57,893 nucleotides of DNA from Thermodesulfobacteriota bacterium (GTDB lineage Bacteria; Desulfobacterota; Deferrisomatia; Deferrisomatales; JACRMM01): positions 1 to 57,893 of the forward strand of contig JBFLZB010000007.1 in NCBI GenBank assembly GCA_040756475.1. The letters run 5' to 3'. Position numbers and translations under genes: made by a program. A model generated the notes under the pieces. That model ran no database searches. It was not told where the DNA came from and saw only the letters and a list, made by a program, of their open reading frames with translations. The number at the start of each line of letters is the position of its first letter. Within the stretch, counting starts at the first letter, position 1. Shown in pieces: positions 46,341-52,964 of the stretch.

Positions 46341-46821
46341 GGTGATCAGCAACACGTCTCCACTCCAGTACCTGCATCAGGTTGGTGGACTCGATCTTCT
46401 GCGCACCCTGGTCGGAACCCTCGTCATTCCCCCGGCGGTGGTGCGGGAGTTGGCTGAAGGCCGCGCCCGTGGCATCGATCTGCCTGATCCCGAGTCCCTT
46501 GACTGGATCGTCGTCCGCGTCCCCCGCAGTACACCTGCGCTGCCTCTTCTGGCCGACCTCGGCCCCGGCGAGGCCGAAGTGCTCGCCTTGGTGCTGGAGT
46601 CGGCGGGGGCTGTGGCGATCCTCGACGACGCACTCGCCCGGCGAATGGCCGAATCCCTGCATCTTCCGTTGACAGGCACACTGGGGGTACTCGTCGACGC
46701 GAAGAAAGCAGGTCTCCTGCATGCCGTTGCCCCTCTCCTCGACTCGCTCGACGCGCTCGGCTTTCGGCTGGCCTCCAGGACCCGGGCTGCAGTGCTCGCC
46801 CTCGCGGGAGAGGCACCATAG
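46333..46821 (+). CDS. DUF3368 (PIN-like) toxin-like protein
   Basis: Overlaps the upstream gene by 8 nt (TTG-46333; alternative GTG-46342). VISNTSPLQYLHQVGGLDLL....G.LVIP.AV..EL and GEAEVLALVLE...AILDD..AR..A....L..TGTLGVL..AK..G is the DUF3368 signature. Confidence 0.75.
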   Translation: MREVISNTSPLQYLHQVGGLDLLRTLVGTLVIPPAVVRELAEGRARGIDLPDPESLDWIVVRVPRSTPALPLLADLGPGEAEVLALVLESAGAVAILDDALARRMAESLHLPLTGTLGVLVDAKKAGLLHAVAPLLDSLDALGFRLASRTRAAVLALAGEAP

Positions 46822-46846
46822 CCGGGCCGCCGCCCCGCCCCACTCC

Positions 46847-47000
46847 CTCCCCCGCCTCTACCGCGACCTGGCGAGCTGGTTCCCCCTGCTCACGCCCCCG
46901 GGGGACTACGCCGAGGAAGCCGAGATCTACCGGCGGGCCTTCGAGGACCTGGCGGCGCCCCGGCGGCCTCGCACGCTGCGGCCGGGGCGGCGGGGTGCTC
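46847..47000 (+). pseudogene. 5' fragment of an MT1-like methyltransferase gene (ends at SAM motif I)
   Basis: 46847-46971 aligns with 44331-44455 (first 71 nt 70/71 identical). Encodes [41 protein letters not shown], then loses frame at the GSGGG motif and runs into a nonamer array. Confidence 0.75.
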
Positions 47001-47001
47001 T

Positions 47002-47886
47002 TCATCGGACCGATCGGTCGGATCCGGCGGATCGGGCCGATGGGGCCGATGGAGACGATCCCTGGAGCGATTGCGTGCCCTTGCACTGCGGGAAGGCCGA
47101 GCAGCCCCAAAACTGGGAGCCCGGTCGCGGGCCCTGGCGGGCGGTGCGCAGGGCCATGGGTTGGCTGCAGAGGGGGCAGGCCGGCGCCTCGGGGGCGGCA
47201 TCGGGCCCGGGGGCGCCGCCCTGCCGGCGCCGCTCGGCGATCCTCGCCGCGGCCAGCCGCTCGCTGTAGCCGCCCTCGGTGATGAAATTCCGTTCCAGGC
47301 CGGCGATCTGGCGGTCCAGGAGGTAGTTCGCCTGGTGGATGAGGCAGATCACGGCGTTGGCCACCACGGCGGGGTCGCCATGGTCGAGCCAGGGGGCATA
47401 GGGGCCGAAGAGGCTTGCCGGGGCGCCAGGGTCAGACCGATCGGTCGGATCGGGCCGATCGGTCGGATCGGGCGGATCGGACGGATGTGAGCGGTCGAAA
47501 CCCTGCTGCCGCCCCACCTCCCGCACCTGCCGCGCCTCCGGGGAGCTCTTGCCCCAGAGGGGCAGCTTTTTCTGGCGCAGGAAGTCTTCGTAGTCGAGCA
47601 AGAGCTCGTCGAGGCTGGCCCGCGCCACGCTTACCAGCCGCAGCTCGGTCTGGCTCGATGCCGCCGAGGCGCGGCTTCCCTCGGCGATGTTCTGGCGGCC
47701 GCTGCGCGCGGCCTGCACCATCTGGTCGACCGTGCGGGAGCGCTTGTCGAGGAAGCGGGAGCAGAAGAGGACCGTGGCGTCGTACACGACGGTCGCCGAC
47801 TGAAAGGACCGCAGCTTCCGGTACCCGCCGCTGGGGCGCAGCTTGGGGGATCCGCCCGGCGCCTGTGGTTGTTCGCCATTTTTCAT
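47002..47886 (-). CDS. Four-helix-bundle protein (23S-rRNA-IVS/Avd-like fold family) with '4HB suffix' domain fused to a topoisomerase-type C4 zinc finger
   Basis: GGYRKLRSFQSATVVYDATVLFCSRFL.KRSRTVDQMVQAARSGRQNIAEGS.....SQTELRL..VARASLDELLLDYEDFLR, the suffix VANAVICLIHQANYLLDRQIAGLERNFITEGGYSERL, then CPLC..PM.LRTA.....GSQFWGCSAFPQCKGT. Confidence 0.8.
   Translation of the reverse strand: MKNGEQPQAPGGSPKLRPSGGYRKLRSFQSATVVYDATVLFCSRFLDKRSRTVDQMVQAARSGRQNIAEGSRASAASSQTELRLVSVARASLDELLLDYEDFLRQKKLPLWGKSSPEARQVREVGRQQGFDRSHPSDPPDPTDRPDPTDRSDPGAPASLFGPYAPWLDHGDPAVVANAVICLIHQANYLLDRQIAGLERNFITEGGYSERLAAARIAERRRQGGAPGPDAAPEAPACPLCSQPMALRTARQGPRPGSQFWGCSAFPQCKGTQSLQGSSPSAPSARSAGSDRSVR
47003..47065. 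repeat. Nonamer array (7 units, GATCGGNCS)
   Basis: catcggacc gatcggtcg gatccggcg gatcgggcc gatggggcc gatggagac gatccctgg. On the minus strand it supplies the last about 20 codons and the stop of the 4HB gene. Confidence 0.85.
47430..47492. repeat. Nonamer array (7 units) in frame inside the 4HB gene
   Basis: ggtcagacc gatcggtcg gatcgggcc gatcggtcg gatcgggcg gatcggacg gatgtgagc. On the minus strand it encodes SHPSDPPDPTDRPDPTDRSDP, between the 4HB and suffix domains. Confidence 0.85.
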
Positions 47887-48045
47887 GCCCGCAGAACCCT
47901 CCCCGACGGCTTCCCCCCCTGCGATGGCTCCGGAGCCGAGGTGCGTGGCCTGGCAGAGATGCCGCCAGCCTCGGCGTCTCCCGCCGCAGGCGCCCTCCTA
48001 TCCCACGCTCTGCGAGGTGTCAAGTCGCTCGGAACTACCGAGCCG

Positions 48046-49044
48046 TCAGTACGCCCGCACCGCGGTGGCCTTGAAGGAGACGACGGCGTTTCGGCCCACG
48101 GTGAGCCCCAGCTCCTCCCAGGACGCGCGGGTCACGAGGGCGACCACGGGCTCTGCGCAGTCCACGACCACGCGGACCTGGTCGCCGTTGATCATCTCGG
48201 CGCGCACCACCGTTCCCGCCAGGTGGTTGCGGGCCGAGGAGGGAAAGTCGCCTGTAGCAAGGACGACTTCCCGGGGGCTCACCTCGACGCACGACGCCGT
48301 GGGGGGCAGCCGGTGGACCGCCAGGCGCAGGCGCCCCGTGTCGAAGGCGCCGGGCTCCCCGGGCACGGGATGGCCCCGGAAGACGTTGTCCGCTTCCCCT
48401 CCCCGCACCGAGCCATCCTCCACCCGCAGGATCCGGGCGCCCAGGCGGCGGGCCAGGCCGAGGTCGTGGCTGGCGAGCACGACCGTGGTCCCCCGTTCCC
48501 TGTTGTATGCGGCGACGGCTTCCTCGATGGCCGTCGCGCTCGTCTGGTCCAGGTGGTTGGTCGGTTCGTCCAGCAAGAGGACCTGGGGCTCCAGGGCCAG
48601 TACCCGCGCCAGGGCCAGCCGCTGGGCCTCTCCCCCCGAGAGCTGGCGGGCGGGGCGGTGGGCCAGGCCGGCAAGGCCCACTCGCCCGAGGGCCGCTTCG
48701 ACCCGCGGCCCCCGCTGGGCTGTTGGGACGCCCCGAATCCGAAGCGCCCAATCCACGTTGGCCGAGGCCGAACCGTGGAAGAGGTAGGGGCTCTGGAGCA
48801 GCAGACTCACGCGCAGCCGCAGGCTGGCGAAGGCCCTCGGGCGGACAGGCTCCCCGAAGAAGGAGAGCTCGCCCGCCGACGGCTGGGCGAGGAAGGCCAG
48901 GAGGTGCAGGAGAGTGGTCTTTCCCGAGCCGTTGGGCCCCAGGAGGGCCGTGATATCCCCCGCGGGGATGGCGAGCTCCGGCATCGAGAGAACCGTCGGC
49001 CCGCCGTAGGAAAAGGCGACGCCGTGCAGGGCATAGGCGTTCAC
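48046..49044 (-). CDS. tupC: Tungstate/molybdate ABC transporter ATP-binding protein with C-terminal TOBE-like domain
   Basis: GTG-49044 overlaps the permease stop (GTGA). Walker A GPNGSGKTT, LSGGEAQR, Walker B LLLDEPT, and a C-terminal Mop/TOBE-like region ...NHLAGTVVRAEMINGDQVRVVVD. Confidence 0.85.
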   Translation of the reverse strand: MNAYALHGVAFSYGGPTVLSMPELAIPAGDITALLGPNGSGKTTLLHLLAFLAQPSAGELSFFGEPVRPRAFASLRLRVSLLLQSPYLFHGSASANVDWALRIRGVPTAQRGPRVEAALGRVGLAGLAHRPARQLSGGEAQRLALARVLALEPQVLLLDEPTNHLDQTSATAIEEAVAAYNRERGTTVVLASHDLGLARRLGARILRVEDGSVRGGEADNVFRGHPVPGEPGAFDTGRLRLAVHRLPPTASCVEVSPREVVLATGDFPSSARNHLAGTVVRAEMINGDQVRVVVDCAEPVVALVTRASWEELGLTVGRNAVVSFKATAVRAY

Positions 49045-49733
49045 GGTGCCCTCCTCTGGATCAGGAACAGGCCGGCGTTGACGGCAAACGCCACCGCCAT
49101 CAGGACGAGCCCCAAAGCGAGCGCGAGCTCGAACTCGCCCTTGCTCGTTTCGAGCGCGATGGCCGTGGTCATGGTGCGGGTGAAGCCTTCGATGTTGCCG
49201 CCCAGCATCATGGCCACCCCCACCTCGGCGATGGTGCGCCCGAAGGAGGCCACCACGGCGGCCATGACGCCGAAGCGGGCCTCGGCCAGGATCTTCCAGG
49301 CCGCGGCGCTCCTCCGGGCGCCCAGGGTGCGGATGGTGAGAAAAAGGCGCGGGTCCAGGGCCTGGATCGCGGAGTGGGCGTAGTGGACGGCCACGGGAAG
49401 GGCGAGAAGAAACTGGCCGATGATCACCCCTGTGGGCGTAAAGAGGAGCCCAAGCTCCCCGAGGGGTCCCCTGCGACTGATGAGCGCGTACACGAAGAGC
49501 CCGATCACCACCGTGGGCAAGGCCATGGCCGTATTCAGGAGCAGGAGAAGGAAGCCCCGCCCCCGGAACCGCGCCAGGGCCAGGCCGAGCCCCAGGGGAA
49601 TCCCGGCCACCGCCGCCAGGAGCGCCGAGACCGTGGCGATCTTGAGCGACGTCCAGACCACGAAGTAGACCTCGGGGTCGAAGGCCGTCAAAAGCTTCCT
49701 GGCGGCGGCGAAGGAGGTGAGGAAGTAGTTCAA
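49041..49733 (-). CDS. tupB: Tungstate ABC transporter permease
   Basis: ...DPEVYFVVWTSLKIA..., GGNIEGFTRTMTTAIALETSKGEF. TTG-49733 (MNYFLTSF...) fits the length of homologs. The track's ATG-49802 start lies inside the intergenic repeat array. Confidence 0.8.
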   Translation of the reverse strand: MNYFLTSFAAARKLLTAFDPEVYFVVWTSLKIATVSALLAAVAGIPLGLGLALARFRGRGFLLLLLNTAMALPTVVIGLFVYALISRRGPLGELGLLFTPTGVIIGQFLLALPVAVHYAHSAIQALDPRLFLTIRTLGARRSAAAWKILAEARFGVMAAVVASFGRTIAEVGVAMMLGGNIEGFTRTMTTAIALETSKGEFELALALGLVLMAVAFAVNAGLFLIQRRAP

Positions 49734-49736
49734 GGC

Positions 49737-49984
49737 TCGCTCGTTGCGCGTGGCGCGTTGCGGGTTGGGGACCTGGCTGGCGTCGGCGGTTCGCTTCTCC
49801 AACGCGCCACGGGCAACACGCCACGCGCAGGAACTCTCGTTGCGAGTTGGGGAGCTTCTCGCTGGGGTTGGCGGCTTCTACAACGCGTAGGATTGCTCGT
49901 TGCGCAAGGCGTGCTGCGGGTCGAGGGCCTGGCTAGCGACGCTCAGCCACTTCTGCAACGCGCAACCTGCAACCCGCAACCCGC
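49737..49984. repeat. Intergenic repeat block: three tandem 55-90-bp units (CTCGTTGCG...CTTCT.CAACGCG) bounded by inverted CGTTGCG / CGCAACC heptamer arrays
   Basis: Units start at about 49737, 49834 and 49893. Heptamers cgttgcg cgtggcg cgttgcg ggttggg at 49742-49769; tgcaacg cgcaacc tgcaacc cgcaacc at 49954-49981. Confidence 0.8.
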
Positions 49985-49990
49985 CTCTCC

Positions 49991-50800
49991 CTACCTCGCG
50001 TCCGGGAAGAAGAGCTGCTGGCCGTGCAGGGTGTACCCGGCGATGAGCTTCTGGCCCTCGCGGCTCACGACGAACGCCACGAGCTTCTTTGCAAGATCGT
50101 ACTTGGCGTGGGGGTGCTTGGCGGGATGTACCGCCATGATGCTGTACGGGTTGAAGAGGACCGGGTCGCCCTCGAAGAGGATGGGCAGCTCGATCTTGCT
50201 CTGGTAGGCGATGTAGGTGCCGCGGTCGGTGAGGGCGTAGCCGCGCTTCTCGTCGGCCATGTTCAGGACCTCGCCCATCCCCTGGCCGGCCGGGACGTAC
50301 CAGGCGCCCTTTGGCTCGACGCCGGCGGCCTTCCAGAGGGCCTTCTCCTTCTGGTGGGTGCCGGACTCGTCGCCCCGGGAGATGAAAGACGCCTTGCCCT
50401 CGGCGAGCCGCTGGAACGCCTCCGCGGCGGTCTGGGCGGCCTTGAGTCCGGCGGGGTCGGCCGCCGGCCCCACGACGACGAAGTCGTTGTGCATCACCTT
50501 CTCCCGGTTCGCCCCGAAGCCGGCGGCCATGAACTGGTCCTCCAGGGCCGGGTCGTGGGTGAAGACCACGTCCACGTCGCCGTTCTCGCCGAGTTTGAGG
50601 GCCTTTCCCGTGCCCACGGCGATCACGTCGACCTTGACGTTGTGGGCCGCCTCGAAGGGCGGCAGAAGCACCTTGAGGAGCCCCGAGTTCTCGGTGCTGG
50701 TGGTGGTGCTCAGGCGCAGGCGCTCCTGGGCGAGGCCCGGAGCGGCAAACGCGAGGACCATCAGCGCCGTCATGAACAATGCAGAAAGAACGCGTCGCAT
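49991..50800 (-). CDS. tupA: Tungstate ABC transporter substrate-binding protein
   Basis: Signal peptide MRRVLSALFMTALMVLAFAAPGLAQE. STTTSTENSGLL and SRGDESGTH are TupA-type anion-binding motifs. Confidence 0.88.
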   Translation of the reverse strand: MRRVLSALFMTALMVLAFAAPGLAQERLRLSTTTSTENSGLLKVLLPPFEAAHNVKVDVIAVGTGKALKLGENGDVDVVFTHDPALEDQFMAAGFGANREKVMHNDFVVVGPAADPAGLKAAQTAAEAFQRLAEGKASFISRGDESGTHQKEKALWKAAGVEPKGAWYVPAGQGMGEVLNMADEKRGYALTDRGTYIAYQSKIELPILFEGDPVLFNPYSIMAVHPAKHPHAKYDLAKKLVAFVVSREGQKLIAGYTLHGQQLFFPDAR

Positions 50801-51408
50801 GGGTCATCCTCCTGTGTCTGTTCTCGGGGTGAGCCCTGGAAACCCCAGCCGTAGGGCGGGGCTCGCCCCGCCGCCCTCCCGCGGGCGAACCCGCTGTGCG
50901 GAACCGCCCGCCCCACGCCTGTGGTCCGTCCCCCCTCAGAACGCCAACTGGACTGGCCAACCCGGAGACCCAGCTGTGGCAGGGGGGTGTAGTCGGCGAA
51001 CCAATCGAAAAGGGACACGGCGTTCTGGTCGCCCGAGTACACGTTGAGGAAGAGCTGGTACTTGAGGTCCTTGAGGAAGGCGTTGCCGCGAAGGCCCAGC
51101 CGGGCCCGCTGCACCGAGAAGTTGCTGCGGTTGTCGCCCTGGTCCCGGTCGTCGAAGGTGTAGCGCACCTGCCCGTACCCGTAGAGTTCCGCCCGGAACC
51201 TGCCGTCCGGGGTCGCCCAGGAGAAGCCCCGCCCCCGGTGGGCGGAGACCACGTCCTGCTCCTTGGCGAGCTCCTTTCGCTCCTCCTCCGTGAGGATGCC
51301 CTTCTCCACCAGCCGCTGGAGCAGATCCACCGCGGCCGCCGCCGGCTGCGCGGCGGCGCACAGGAGCATCCCCGACACCAGGATCCCGATGACCGCAGGC
51401 CTTCTCAT
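50770..51408 (-). pseudogene. Phosphate-selective porin O/P-family gene, N-terminal about 150 codons only (truncated)
   Basis: ATG-51408 after GAGGAGGAG. Signal peptide, LLQRLVEKGILTEEERKEL, then FRAELYGYGQVRYTF...SNFSVQRARLGLRGN..DLKYQLFLN...LFDWFADYTPLPQLGLRVGQ. Similarity stops near 50953, and the ORF then runs through the tupA RBS and start. Confidence 0.6.
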
Positions 51409-51510
51409 GCTCTCCTCCTCTTCCTGTGCGGGATCGCGTCCCGCAAGAATGCCCCGAAGGGGCGACCCCAGGGCGAAAACAGGGAAAGGAGGCGCGGGGA
51501 GGGGCGACGC

Positions 51511-51540
51511 AAAAAAGCCCTCCCCGCGCAGGGGAGGGCC
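51511..51540 (-). terminator. Intrinsic terminator (expression platform of the riboswitch)
   Basis: Minus strand: GGCCCTCCCC-TGCG-CGGGGAGGGC followed by TTTTTTG. Confidence 0.75.
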
Positions 51541-51566
51541 TGTAGCTCGTGCAAGGCACCCTTCCG

Positions 51567-51664
51567 GTCTCCTTTCCAAGCGCGGGAGGCCGGGGCGTTT
51601 CCACCCGGGCCCGTTGGCTGGCGACCGTAGGCTCTCTCGCCGGTAGGCCGCTTCGCTCGGAGAC
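51567..51664 (-). promoter_or_regulatory. Moco (molybdenum/tungsten cofactor) riboswitch aptamer candidate
   Basis: Minus strand: GUCUCC-GAGCG...GGGUG-GAAA-CGCCC...GGCCUCCCGCGCUUGGAAA-GGAGAC. P1 is GUCUCC/GGAGAC, with CUCCGAGC, a GAAA tetraloop hairpin, and GCCUCCC..GGAAAGGAG as I recall from the Moco RNA motif. The context upstream of tupABC fits. Confidence 0.6.
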
Positions 51665-51671
51665 GGGGGCG

Positions 51672-51700
51672 AACTTACCGGGGCGGCGTGCCCGTGTCAA
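51672..51700 (-). promoter_or_regulatory. Sigma70 promoter (TTGACA-N17-TAAGTT) driving the riboswitch leader
   Basis: Minus strand: TTGACA (51695-51700) and TAAGTT (51672-51677), 7 nt upstream of the P1 stem. Confidence 0.55.
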
Positions 51701-51761
51701 GTGCGAGCATTCCGGAGCGGCGGCTGGGGTGCGCGGCCCTTGGGCGCGAACGGGCCCTGGC

Positions 51762-52364
51762 TCAGTGCAGGGGGAAGGGGGGCGCCTGGAGGGAGAGGTC
51801 CACGATCTCGTCTTCGGACTCGATGCGGGCGAGCAGGGCGTGGAGGTCGTAGCCGCCGATCTCCACCTTGCCGTCCACGAGCCGGCGCACCGGGGGGGCG
51901 AAGCCGCAGCGGGCGTGGAGGCGCAACCGGGGGTGGTCGATGGCTTCACGCAGCCGAAACGACAGCGACGTTCGCAGGAGCTCCGAGTACATGGCGTAGA
52001 GCAGGAGCAGGCTCACGTGTTTTCCGCGGGCCTCGGGGCACACGAACAGGAACGTGTCGTCGAAGCAGGTGGGATCGCCGTTGTGGGCCACCGCGTAGAA
52101 GCCCAGGGGTGCTCCGGTTTCCGAGGCAGGGCCGTCGTCTGCCGCCGCCTCCGCGACGGCCAGCCCCACCACCCACCGCGCCGGATCGAAGTCCCGGGCA
52201 TGGGCCGCCTCGCCCGCGGCCTCTGCGATGCGGCGCGGCTCGCCGGGGCCGATGGGGTAGACGCGGTAGGTCTTGCCCCGCAGCCGGTACAGCTTACCGG
52301 CCCCTTCCTTCTGGATCAGAGAGCAGGAGACGGGAGAAGGCACGGGGTCGAGGGCGGCATCCAT
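51762..52364 (-). CDS. GNAT-like N-acetyltransferase (hypothetical)
   Basis: 200 aa. FLFVCPEARGKHVSLLLLYAMYSELL resembles GNAT motif A, and LHARCGF resembles motif B. The part of the track ORF upstream of ATG-52364 is not protein-like. Confidence 0.55.
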   Translation of the reverse strand: MDAALDPVPSPVSCSLIQKEGAGKLYRLRGKTYRVYPIGPGEPRRIAEAAGEAAHARDFDPARWVVGLAVAEAAADDGPASETGAPLGFYAVAHNGDPTCFDDTFLFVCPEARGKHVSLLLLYAMYSELLRTSLSFRLREAIDHPRLRLHARCGFAPPVRRLVDGKVEIGGYDLHALLARIESEDEIVDLSLQAPPFPLH

Positions 52365-52404
52365 GGAATGGAATCCTGTCAGACACGCAAAGAAGAATGC
52401 CAGA

Positions 52405-52433
52405 AAGATAGCAGAGCGTGCCCGACGTTCCAA
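52405..52433 (-). promoter_or_regulatory. Possible sigma70 promoter (TTGGAA-N17-TATCTT) for the GNAT gene
   Basis: Minus-strand hexamers at 52428-52433 and 52405-52410, about 40 nt upstream of ATG-52364. Confidence 0.3.
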
Positions 52434-52868
52434 GAAGAGCCGAACCCGGCATCTCCGAATCCTACAAGACGCTGTTTGCTTGTCTTTGTTCGGTTCCAAT
52501 GCCGTCCGTGCGGAACCACTGTATGGACCGAGGCCGTGGGTGGTTCGTCGGACGGCAAGCGCAGCAGCTCCACAAATCCAGGAACAGGCGGCGTTCCAAA
52601 TGCCATTTGTGCAACCGGACCCGCGGTGGGCTTTGCCGCGGAGCCCTGGCAGGCCTGGAGCTGCCGAAAGGGGGGAGTGGGCGAAGCGGGACGCAGGGGG
52701 TGTCTCGGCGGCGGCCGGAGCAGGACTTGCGGACCTGCCCGCGTGCGAAACGCCGTTCTCGATGTCGGGATTCGGGTTCGCGGCGAGCCCGGCGGGACGG
52801 AGGTTTCCACTGCGGAGGGGCGTCCCGTCCCGCGGTGGGGACCCGGCAGGGCGGATACCGAAAGGGGT

Positions 52869-52890
52869 GGGGAGGGGGTACCCCCTCCCC
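52869..52890 (-). terminator. Perfect 22-bp palindrome GGGGAGGGGGTACCCCCTCCCC downstream of the histidine kinase gene
   Basis: Read directly, about 75 nt after the kinase stop. Only a weak T-run (CTTTC) follows on the minus strand. Confidence 0.4.
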
Positions 52891-52964
52891 CCCGGCCCGG
52901 ATCGAATCGCAATCCAAATCACAGCCGACACCCACCGCCTTCGCGGAGCCAGGTGCCTGCCCCC

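Noticed and set aside
47002-47886. A diversity-generating retroelement (Avd-like 4HB protein).
   Set aside because: There is no reverse transcriptase and no TR/VR repeat pair. The only repeats nearby are the nonamer arrays.
50801-50952. Moco riboswitch in the GC-rich leader immediately upstream of tupA.
   Set aside because: It has local hairpins but none of the CUCCGAGC / GGAAAGGAG closing-helix features. The convincing candidate lies at 51567-51664.
52386-52403. Sigma54 promoter CTGGCATTCTTCTTTGCG (minus strand) upstream of the GNAT gene.
   Set aside because: The GG-to-GC spacing is 11 nt instead of the strict 10.
52718-52740. Cobalamin-riboswitch B12-box-like GAGCAGGA...GACCTGCCC.
   Set aside because: It has extra nucleotides inside the box, the other conserved elements are absent or in the wrong order, and there is no downstream gene on that strand.
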